Shown here one piece after another: positions 45,337-52,542 of a stretch of 64,000 nt of DNA. The position numbers and the translations under genes are program-made. The notes beneath the pieces are model-generated. The model saw only the letters and a program-made list of their open reading frames with translations. It was not told the DNA's origin and did no database searches. The stretch is from a virus (Duplodnaviria > Caudoviricetes). The DNA is taken from positions 32,175 to 96,174 of the IMG/VR virus record IMGVR_UViG_3300033068_000963; one strand, given 5' to 3'. The stretch's first letter is position 1. Each line of letters opens with the position of its first letter.

Positions 45337-47045
45337 TGGCTGAAGGCCAACTCTCTGTCTATGCCCCCATCGCGACTGAGGCCTCGATCCGCGCCGCCGC
45401 AAATGCGGCCATTGCGGCGGGCGTCGGAACGGTCCTGCTGCCTGTGGGGTCGATCACCCTAACGTCGCCGCTGCCGCTCGCCAGCGGCGTTCGTTACGTC
45501 GGCGTTGAGCCGGTCATCGTCTTCCAGGGGTCAATCCCTGACACCGACTGGACGTTGGTCGGGGGCACGATCCTGGTTGGCGACGGAACCTTCCAAGCGT
45601 TCTCCGGCAACACCACATCCAAGGGCAGTCCTGACGTTCCGTTCTGGGACAACGCACTGGCGAACTGCGGCGTTGAGAACATCGGGTTCAGCAACTTCAC
45701 CTATGCGATCCAGACGGGCGCGCAGAACAATATGGGGGTGATGTATTCGACGTTCCGAAATCTCTACATCACTGGCGCGACCCAGTGGGGCCTTGAGTTC
45801 CAGAACTTCATGCACTGCAAGTTTGAGCGCATCTGGGTTCGCGCCTCGGCCAATGGGATGCGCTTTACCGCGAACGTCGCAAATGATGTTCTGGCGACGG
45901 GCAACTCGGTTACTGAGCACCTGTTCGTCGTCAACACGACCAGCCTGAGCGCGCGAGGGATCGTGTTCGAAAGCGTTGGCACGAACGCGCAGATGGACCT
46001 CATCTCGGGCCACCGAATCCAGGTCAATTTCTTCCGTGAAAGCGAGGCGGCGTCACAGTCGGCGACCTTCACGAACGCCTCGACATCCATCGGCGTCTCC
46101 GATGGGACCAAGTTCCCCGTGGGGATGCCGGTCAGTTTCAGCGCGTCTGGAAACGGATTCCTCGCCACCCAGATCTATTTCGTGCTCTCGCAGAGCGGCA
46201 ACGCCATCACGCTCGGCAATTCGCGCAGCGGCTCGGCCATCGCTTCGACCGGCACGACTGGTCTGACGATCCGCACCTATGGCTTCCCCAATTTGGAAAT
46301 CATCGGCACGGGCGGGGCCATCGGCACCACCAACATGACGCTGACCGATGTCGATCTTGAGGGCCACGCGACTTGTAGTCTCTATCTGGAGGGTGGCGGC
46401 AGCAACCGGGTCGAAATCTCGTCGTTTGGCACCTCCTATGCGACCTACTGCGTGCGCGGAACTCAAACGTCGCAGATCGACAGCGTGGGAACGACTGCCG
46501 TTGCCGACATCGACGGCGCGTCGAGCTTCTTCCGCTATGGCGGGCAAATCGCGCGCTGGCTTCAGTACACCGGCTCGGGCCAATGGTATGACAGCGTGCG
46601 CGCAGTCCAATCGCTCTCTCTGACCAACCGCTCCTGGTCGAAATCAGACCTGCATGTCCGGTCGCCCAACTCCAACTTCCTCTATCCCGACACGCCCATC
46701 GGCCAGAAGATCACAACCTGGGATGCCGATCTAAATGTCTCGGCTGACCAAGGCGGGGTCGTCACCTTCACGGACACGACCCCAAGGACGTACACCCTCC
46801 CCACGATCACCGACGACAACGTGACTGTGAGTGGTTCCTACAAGGGGTTTGAGGTCAGCTTCGTGAACCTCAGCCGGACGGTAAACCTGACGGTCAACAC
46901 CAATGGGACTCAGACCTTCAACAACATTTCTGGCAAGACGAGTTACACCCTGACGCCGGGGCAAAGTCTTCGGGTGGTGGCGGCCAAGGGCGGCACGGGG
47001 GGTGTGCTGTGCTGGGCCGCGTTCCCGAGTAACGGCGTCACCTAG
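45336..47045 (+). CDS. Tailspike / receptor-binding protein (beta-helix depolymerase-like)
   Basis: IRAA..AA..AG.GTVLLP.G...LTSPL.L.SGV...G pectate-lyase-like entry motif; 569 aa, beta-rich. Confidence 0.7.
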   Translation: MAEGQLSVYAPIATEASIRAAANAAIAAGVGTVLLPVGSITLTSPLPLASGVRYVGVEPVIVFQGSIPDTDWTLVGGTILVGDGTFQAFSGNTTSKGSPDVPFWDNALANCGVENIGFSNFTYAIQTGAQNNMGVMYSTFRNLYITGATQWGLEFQNFMHCKFERIWVRASANGMRFTANVANDVLATGNSVTEHLFVVNTTSLSARGIVFESVGTNAQMDLISGHRIQVNFFRESEAASQSATFTNASTSIGVSDGTKFPVGMPVSFSASGNGFLATQIYFVLSQSGNAITLGNSRSGSAIASTGTTGLTIRTYGFPNLEIIGTGGAIGTTNMTLTDVDLEGHATCSLYLEGGGSNRVEISSFGTSYATYCVRGTQTSQIDSVGTTAVADIDGASSFFRYGGQIARWLQYTGSGQWYDSVRAVQSLSLTNRSWSKSDLHVRSPNSNFLYPDTPIGQKITTWDADLNVSADQGGVVTFTDTTPRTYTLPTITDDNVTVSGSYKGFEVSFVNLSRTVNLTVNTNGTQTFNNISGKTSYTLTPGQSLRVVAAKGGTGGVLCWAAFPSNGVT

Positions 47046-47077
47046 ACCCCCACAACCCTACTCAACAGGAGTCCGCC

Positions 47078-47377
47078 ATGGGCGACGTTCGTACTGCGCC
47101 GGTCAAGGCGAAGCGGATCGAGGACATCGACGCCGAGCCTGATCTCCCCGGTGCGTTCGAGTATTATCAGGCCGGGGACCAATACCCTGCGGGCCTGATC
47201 TACATCTGCCCCTGCGGCTGCAAACGCACCGGCGCGCTGGCGTTTAGGAACCAGGGCGGCGAGCGACCAAGCTGGGAGTGGGACGGCAACCTGGAAGCGC
47301 CCACGCTGTTCCCCTCGGTCCACCATGTCGGTCACTGGCACGGGTATCTTCAGGCGGGCGTCTGGACCTCCTGCTGA
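47078..47377 (+). CDS. Small Cys/His metal-binding protein (DUF6527-like)
   Basis: CPCGC, W.WDGN.EAPTL.PS and HWHG.L..G.W motifs. Confidence 0.7.
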   Translation: MGDVRTAPVKAKRIEDIDAEPDLPGAFEYYQAGDQYPAGLIYICPCGCKRTGALAFRNQGGERPSWEWDGNLEAPTLFPSVHHVGHWHGYLQAGVWTSC

Positions 47378-47539
47378 GTTTCAGCACCACCCACGCCCCC
47401 GCATCAAAAGCCTACCCAACCCTCAGCCCTCCGGAGTGCTTGAGACACCCCGGAGGACCCAGCCCCGTGCGGGGGGCCGACCTGTACAGGCGGCCCAATG
47501 CAAGCCCTCAGACGTTTAACATTTGATGGATTTGAAACC

Positions 47540-47749
47540 ATGACCACTCCGACCCCTGACGAACTTGTCGCCCAAGCCGCAGCCCTCTTTGAGGCCCTTC
47601 ACGCCGCCGTGGAGGCCCATGAGGACGGGCCCCTGAAGCGGTACGCCGCCAAGCGGGTGAACGCCGCCCACGCCCTTCTGGAGGACGTTCACGAGAAGGC
47701 GTCTGCCGGCGGCGTCTCGATCATGTCCCCCATCCCCAAGCCGCAATAA
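47540..47749 (+). CDS. Hypothetical protein
   Basis: 69 aa, helical. Confidence 0.5.
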   Translation: MTTPTPDELVAQAAALFEALHAAVEAHEDGPLKRYAAKRVNAAHALLEDVHEKASAGGVSIMSPIPKPQ

Positions 47750-47755
47750 CCCGGT

Positions 47756-48277
47756 ATGGATGCTTCTTGGGTCACGCCGGCCAGCTTCGCCTTATGCGGG
47801 CTGGTCTACCTCCTGAGCCGCATGATGCCCAGGTCGAAGGCTCGCGCCGACGCCGAGGGGATCGCCCTGGCCGTTACGGTGTCGTGCGGGGTCTACACGA
47901 CCCTCTACAACGCCGGGACGTGGCCCGAGAACGTTCGTCTGTTTGCCCTCACAGACCTTGCCTGCGGTCTGTTCATCCTATCCCGGTGCTTCTTCCTCGG
48001 AAAGGATGGGGAGATCGTTCAGGACTGGGCGCCATACAAGGTCGTCCTCCTGGCTCTGCTGTCGGCCCAAATCGGGTGGCACGCGGGCTTCTGGTTCCTG
48101 CGGCCCGCCAATGCGCCAATCGGTAGCATCGATGCTTACTACGCGCTCGGATTGAGCGTGCTAGGATTTGGTCAACTCGCTGCGGGTGGCTGGCCGGGGG
48201 CTCGCGATGTTGAACGCCGCATTCGCGCTTTTGTGCTTGGCGGTCCTGCTGGTCGCCATCATGCGGGTGCGTCGTGA
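47756..48277 (+). CDS. Multi-TM membrane protein of the lysis region
   Basis: Four to five hydrophobic segments. Confidence 0.6.
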   Translation: MDASWVTPASFALCGLVYLLSRMMPRSKARADAEGIALAVTVSCGVYTTLYNAGTWPENVRLFALTDLACGLFILSRCFFLGKDGEIVQDWAPYKVVLLALLSAQIGWHAGFWFLRPANAPIGSIDAYYALGLSVLGFGQLAAGGWPGARDVERRIRAFVLGGPAGRHHAGAS

Positions 48278-48468
48278 TGGATCTCAAGCACGTCGAGGAC
48301 CTCGCAGACCTCAAGGCCAGGATGAAGGCGATTGAGGACGACAGGCTTCCCGAGAGGATCGGCGCCCTTGAGCGGTTTCAGTCGGTCATGTCCACCGGGA
48401 TCTTCCTGATCGGGGTTCTGATCGGGGCTTTGCGGGATCAGATCATGAACCTGTTTCATATCAAATGA
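48274..48468 (+). CDS. Small coiled-coil + TM protein (holin-like)
   Basis: RIGALE followed by a C-terminal TM segment. Confidence 0.55.
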   Translation: MMDLKHVEDLADLKARMKAIEDDRLPERIGALERFQSVMSTGIFLIGVLIGALRDQIMNLFHIK

Positions 48469-48800
48469 TCGGCTCAATCTGGCGGGCAATGCTGTCTGCG
48501 GCCCCGGTGAAAATCTGGGCGCAGATCGGCGCGGCTATGGCCTGGACGGTCGTGCTGGTGTCGTTCGAATTGGCGATCTGGCTTGGCCCGTGGGATACCT
48601 CTCGCCAAGCCCAGCAAATCGACTGGCTCGGGTACGGCGTCGTCATTGCGGGCGCCCTGGCTCTGGTATCACTGGCTGCGATCACCGGCCTCAACATCAA
48701 CTTCAAGGGCGGGAAGGATGGGGTCTCAGGCTCCATTGATCAGGATGAACCCGCTGCTGTCGTCACCACCACCACGACAACGGAGGTGGGGAAGGGTTAG
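48465..48800 (+). CDS. Holin candidate (2 TM)
   Basis: Two TM segments; upstream of the endolysin. Confidence 0.55.
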   Translation: MIGSIWRAMLSAAPVKIWAQIGAAMAWTVVLVSFELAIWLGPWDTSRQAQQIDWLGYGVVIAGALALVSLAAITGLNINFKGGKDGVSGSIDQDEPAAVVTTTTTTEVGKG

Positions 48801-49042
48801 GCGGGACTGCGGTTTATCCAGCGGCGAAGCCATCGAGGCGGCGGGGCGAACATCGCATAGGAGATGGCGCACACCGCCGTGAAGAACCCGCCACCCAAAC
48901 CCGCTGCGCGGAGCGGGTCGCCGTAGACGAACCAGTACGCGCCCCCAACGCCAAGAGCCGATCCGCCGACGTAGAACGCCCCTACGCCCCAACCGAGGAT
49001 GTCGAGCCTTGAAAGTCGTCTGTTGGCCGCGCCCTCTTCCAT
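48797..49042 (-). CDS. Small two-TM membrane protein downstream of the tRNA-like RNA
   Basis: GGAGG RBS; two Gly-rich hydrophobic segments; basic C-terminus. Confidence 0.6.
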   Translation of the reverse strand: MEEGAANRRLSRLDILGWGVGAFYVGGSALGVGGAYWFVYGDPLRAAGLGGGFFTAVCAISYAMFAPPPRWLRRWINRSPA

Positions 49043-49062
49043 CTCTCGTCCTCCAATAGGGT

Positions 49063-49256
49063 GTGAAGCGGGCCGGGCTTGATACCGGCTGAGGTTGTTT
49101 GAGCTGAGGCGGCAAGCTGGATCGGACCCCGGAGGGGAATTGGTGCCACCTGCGGGACGCTACCCCCGCCACCTCCGCCTTACGAAGGCGGCGCTCTCGC
49201 GTTCTCGTTCCCATTCCAGATACAGGGCCGCATGTCCATCCACGCCGCCGCTTCAC
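49063..49256 (-). ncRNA. tRNA-like shell (acceptor, D and T arms, no anticodon arm) enclosing a permuted tRNA
   Basis: GTGAAGCGG (49256-49248) pairs with CCGCTTCAC (49071-49063); D arm GCGT-GGATGGAC-ATGC; T arm GCCGG-TATCAAGC-CCGGC. Confidence 0.7.
49101..49196 (-). tRNA. Circularly permuted tRNA-Thr(CGT)-like gene, broken in the D loop
   Basis: 3' part 49196-49141: GAGC-G-CCGCC-TT(CGT)AA-GGCGG-AGGTG-GCGGG-GGTAGCGT-CCCGC-AGGTGGC-A-CCA; 5' part 49113-49101: GCCGCCT-CA-GCTC, downstream of the CCA. Confidence 0.7.
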
Positions 49257-49263
49257 CCTTTGA

Positions 49264-49292
49264 TCATCCCCCAAATCACCTGTAGAATCAAG
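49264..49292 (-). promoter_or_regulatory. Candidate promoter for the tRNA-like RNA
   Basis: Minus strand TTGATT-17-GATGAT, ~7 nt before the outer stem. Confidence 0.4.
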
Positions 49293-49309
49293 CATCAAGG
49301 GGCGACCTG

Positions 49310-49747
49310 ATGAAGCTCTCACCCAACTTCACCTTGGCGGAAATGACGGCCACCCGAACGGGCCTGCCGAACGTCGCCCCGCCCGCCATCATCACCAGCC
49401 TAACCGCCCTCTGCGTCAACGTGCTGGAGCCGATACGAGCCCACTTCGGAAAGCCCGTTCAGGTCAACAGCGGCTATCGCTCCCCTGCCGTAAACCGAGC
49501 CGTTGGATCATCCCCCACCAGCCAGCACGCCAAGGGCGAAGCGGCAGACATCGAAATCCCCGGCGTTCCCAATACCGAGCTTGCCCGGTGGATTTCTAAG
49601 AACCTGCGCTTTGACCAATTGATCGCGGAGGAAGTCAGGGCCAACGATCCGAGCGCGGGCTGGGTTCACGTCTCTTTCGGCCCCCGGATGCGTGGTCAAG
49701 TCCTGACCATGAAGGGCGGGAAGTATACCGTGGGGTTGGCGGCGTGA
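49310..49747 (+). CDS. Endolysin, M15A-type peptidase
   Basis: LSPNFTLAEM, VNSGYRSP.VN.AVG...TSQH.KGEAAD and WVHVS motifs. Confidence 0.9.
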   Translation: MKLSPNFTLAEMTATRTGLPNVAPPAIITSLTALCVNVLEPIRAHFGKPVQVNSGYRSPAVNRAVGSSPTSQHAKGEAADIEIPGVPNTELARWISKNLRFDQLIAEEVRANDPSAGWVHVSFGPRMRGQVLTMKGGKYTVGLAA

Positions 49748-49839
49748 CCCCCGACCCCTTCGCCGCCTACATGCTCACCATCTGCGCCGGGTGTGTTCTG
49801 CTGTTTGCTGGCCTGGCTTGGCTGGGGTTCCGTAAGTGA
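49744..49839 (+). CDS. 31-aa TM peptide between endolysin and spanin
   Basis: VTPDPFAAYMLTICAGCVLLFAGLAWLGFRK; GTGA coupling at both ends. Confidence 0.45.
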   Translation: MTPDPFAAYMLTICAGCVLLFAGLAWLGFRK

Positions 49840-50186
49840 TCCCGCGCATCGTCGCCTGGATCGCCGCAGCGGTCGCGGTGGCCGTCTTGGTGCTGTTCGG
49901 CCTTCATGGGCTCGGCTTCCGGTTCGACCCCTTCAACACTGCCGGGAAGGCTAAGGCCGCCCTCGACGCCGCGACGCAGGGCCGGGCGGTGGCTCAGGCT
50001 CAAGTCCCCATCGTGGAGCACTACGGAACCACGACCCGCGTCATCATTCAACAGGCCGAAAAGGGCGCCGCCGATGTCCAGAAGCTACCGGGGGCGGATG
50101 ACCGCCTTGACCCTGCTTTCGCTGCCGGCCTTCGTGGGCTGCTCGACCCTCCAGCCGTCGTCCCCGATCCTGACCATCCCCGATAG
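49836..50186 (+). CDS. Inner-membrane spanin (Rz-like)
   Basis: N-terminal TM segment; overlaps the lipoprotein gene. Confidence 0.65.
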   Translation: MIPRIVAWIAAAVAVAVLVLFGLHGLGFRFDPFNTAGKAKAALDAATQGRAVAQAQVPIVEHYGTTTRVIIQQAEKGAADVQKLPGADDRLDPAFAAGLRGLLDPPAVVPDPDHPR

Positions 50187-50388
50187 CCTCAAGGCGCGCT
50201 GCGAGCGGCCTCAGGCGGCGTTTGAGACGGTGGGCGACCTTGGGGCCTACGCCATCCGCATGAAAGGCGCAGCAGACTGCGGAGAGGCGAGGGCGGACAG
50301 CATCGTCGCCCTGGTGGATAGCTTCAACAGGATCGTTCACCCGCCTAAGCGGAAGTGGTGGCGTTTCGGCAAGCCCGACGACGGCTAG
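50098..50388 (+). CDS. Outer-membrane spanin (Rz1-like lipoprotein)
   Basis: MTALTLLSLPAFVGC lipobox; IP.SL...C..P. Confidence 0.7.
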   Translation: MTALTLLSLPAFVGCSTLQPSSPILTIPDSLKARCERPQAAFETVGDLGAYAIRMKGAADCGEARADSIVALVDSFNRIVHPPKRKWWRFGKPDDG

Positions 50389-50454
50389 TTATATTTCCCA
50401 CCTCGGGATTATATTTCCCACCCCCAGCGTTGAGCCTTAGCGGCTCCGCTCAAT

Positions 50455-50487
50455 AGGCCCCGTTGGCTTCGGCTGGCGGGGCCTTCG
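50455..50487. terminator. Terminator hairpin after the lysis cassette
   Basis: AGGCCCCGTTGGC-TTCG-GCTGGCGGGGCCT. Confidence 0.75.
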
Positions 50488-50499
50488 TCATGTCTGGGG

Positions 50500-50757
50500 C
50501 TAGGCGTCGGTCCCGCCGACAACTGTTAGGGTTGGCCGCTGGGTCGCTCCACGGCGCGTCGGGGGACCTAGCACGTTGAACCCCGCCTCGGGGTAAGCGG
50601 CGCCCGCCCAGACGCGAGCATCAGCCTCCGCGTATGGTCCGCTGAAATCCGCGCGGTGGACCCCGCCGTCGCTGTCGATTGCCTCCGCAAGCCAACACCC
50701 CGGCGAGCCCTCGACGGGCGCTAGGTTCACTTCCACAATCGGATCGCGTTCAGTCAT
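50500..50757 (-). CDS. Hypothetical protein
   Basis: MTERDPIVEV...; overlaps the end of the Lar-like gene. Confidence 0.5.
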   Translation of the reverse strand: MTERDPIVEVNLAPVEGSPGCWLAEAIDSDGGVHRADFSGPYAEADARVWAGAAYPEAGFNVLGPPTRRGATQRPTLTVVGGTDA

Positions 50758-50938
50758 AGTTCTCGGCTCCACCACCTCGCCCACCGGCGCGCGAGTTCCA
50801 GTACACCGCCGCCGCCTCGAAATCCTCAAACTCCGCTTCATCGCAGGCTAGACAGGTAAAGCGGACGCCATCGGGGCGAGTGTGATCATACGCCGGTTGC
50901 GCGCCGCAGAACGGGCAGGGCTTGAGGGGCGCGGTCAT
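50750..50938 (-). CDS. Lar-like (restriction alleviation) Zn-finger protein
   Basis: LKPCPFCG...C..C...AA..WN.R. Confidence 0.7.
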   Translation of the reverse strand: MTAPLKPCPFCGAQPAYDHTRPDGVRFTCLACDEAEFEDFEAAAVYWNSRAGGRGGGAENYD

Positions 50939-51008
50939 TTCCGAAGCGCCTCTATCGCAGCGCGCTTCTCGGGACTGACCGCGGAGCCCTGATCCATCGG
51001 CGTTCCGC

Positions 51009-51212
51009 TCACTCTTGGTACTCAGCCATTTTCCTGGCGAACCAAGCATTCACGGCGGATTCAGGGAAAGCAATCCGGTTCGCCGAGATCTTTATCGAGG
51101 ATGGAAACTCTCCACTCTTGATGGCCTCATAGAGTTTGGCCCGCGACCAGCTCGTGCGGTCGAGCACGACCGAAATGGGCAAGAAGCGCTCTGCTGAAAC
51201 GTCAGTAGTCAT
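51009..51212 (-). CDS. AlpA-family regulator / excisionase candidate
   Basis: RFLPISVV..RTSWSR..LY..IK.GEFP..IKIS.NRIAFPES.V..W. Confidence 0.85.
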   Translation of the reverse strand: MTTDVSAERFLPISVVLDRTSWSRAKLYEAIKSGEFPSSIKISANRIAFPESAVNAWFARKMAEYQE

Positions 51213-51634
51213 TGTCTGTCCTTGCTTGCTCGACGCCTATGCGACGGGACTGGATTCAATATAGCACAATGGCATGACGTTGGAATCCCCTTCGTGCGAG
51301 CGGAAAGCTTGCACCCTGGCGTTGGATTCGCTAAGGTTTCTGCGTTGCGGCGGCGTGGAAAGCAGACACGCGCCATGGACCAAATGGCAAGCGGTGGCGG
51401 GATTGGTCGCCCGCCGTAAAACTGGAGAGCGAGACGCCCGTTTCGTCCCGCACCGATCCCGCAGCCGGATTAGCGCCCGGCCCGCAACATCACCACCCCG
51501 CCTAGCCCTGCGGAACACAAACACCACACCCCACACCAATATCCCCCCAGAGATCAGGATAGCCGCAGCAAGTAGGGCTATGATCCCAGCCCAAGGGAAC
51601 CACCATTTAGAGGTCAGGTGGGAGAGGGGAGGCA

Positions 51635-51970
51635 TTAGGGGTTGGTGAAGGGGACAAACGGCAGGCCATAGCTCAGGTAAGCGGAGCGGCCCGCTGGCGT
51701 CACAGTGTAGACTGTTGGCTGCATCCCACCTGTCACGGCAAGCTGCGCATAGTGCGCGCTGCGCTCCATCCCCATCATTCGGAGCTTATGGAGATCCTGG
51801 GCGCCATCAACGGACAGCAGGCCGCGCAGGGCGAGCGTATGAACCGCGTGAGCCCAGTTGCCAGGGGCCACATTCATGAGCGGGTGAACCGAGACGCGAC
51901 CGCTGGATAAAACGCGGTGTTCCTCTGGGGTTAGATCGTCGCGAACCAACGTCGTTTCCATACCCACCAC
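51635..51970 (-). CDS. Hypothetical protein
   Basis: ~108-111 aa; GAGG upstream; ends Y.VTPAGR, wHTH-like. Confidence 0.45.
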   Translation of the reverse strand: MVGMETTLVRDDLTPEEHRVLSSGRVSVHPLMNVAPGNWAHAVHTLALRGLLSVDGAQDLHKLRMMGMERSAHYAQLAVTGGMQPTVYTVTPAGRSAYLSYGLPFVPFTNP

Positions 51971-52039
51971 TCTACCTCAACTGGCCTTGGATTTGAACCG
52001 AAAGCTTGCGCGAAGGGGCGGGATTGGGTAGGGTATTCG

Positions 52040-52177
52040 GACTGTCACAGGTGGGCGGTTCGGGAAACTGACCCGCCCGGTTACGCTGCCTTCCAAGGGG
52101 CTGCGAGGCGTATCGGGTCTGATTCACCTGAGCCGCCACTCAACCGAGCCCGCCGCCCACCATAGCGGCGGGTTTCG
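52040..52177 (+). ncRNA. Candidate structured small RNA next to attP
   Basis: TTGCGC-17-TAGGGT upstream; CAGGTG/CACCTG closing stem; GGGCGG..GAAA..CCGCCC hairpin; terminal CCCGCCGC/GCGGCGGG-TTT hairpin; no ORF. Confidence 0.5.
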
Positions 52178-52304
52178 TGTATCTGGCTCTCAGCTCAAAT
52201 CCCGTAAAGCCCTACGCCCTATGGAACATTAGGAGAGGAGGCCGAATGAGCTAGTCGTGCCTGGCGCTACTTGGCGCCAACTGAGGGGCGCGCTGAATCT
52301 GGAT

Positions 52305-52536
52305 TTAGGACGGCTTTGAGGACGCGGCCTCTAGGCCCTTCGCGAAATCCCTACCACACAAGGGATTGAGGCGGTTCCAATGGCTCCCGGAGCAGATATC
52401 GAACGCGAATGTATAGGGAACGCCAGGGCTCCGCAAAAGCCTTGCGGTGAAAGGGTTCCGGCGAGCAAGGTGTCGCATGTAGACGCATGGGTCGCCTGAC
52501 GAGCGCGCCCCGCTTTTAGGACGGAAAGGGGGACGG
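52305..52536. other. attP-like site: tRNA 3'-end core with arm-type repeats on both sides
   Basis: Minus strand 52404-52381 GTTCGATATCTGCTCCGGGAGCCA resembles a tRNA-Asn T-arm/acceptor end; TTAGGACGG tandem repeats at 52305-52325 and 52516-52536. Confidence 0.75.
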
Positions 52537-52542
52537 AACCAG

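Noticed and set aside
49063-49256. Two-piece tmRNA interpretation
   Set aside because: No G3-U70 Ala identity and no tag ORF ending in AA-stop; a full Thr anticodon arm is present instead
51237-51635. 132-aa ORF as a full-length gene
   Set aside because: Only the N-terminal TM part looks protein-like; the rest resembles non-coding read-through, so it was not called
52224-52238. Alphaproteobacterial LexA box (GAAC-N7-GAAC) near attP
   Set aside because: Second half-site reads GAGG; match too weak
52381-52460. Complete tRNA-Asn gene at the att site
   Set aside because: Only the 3' ~15-24 nt match; no D or anticodon arm upstream on the minus strand
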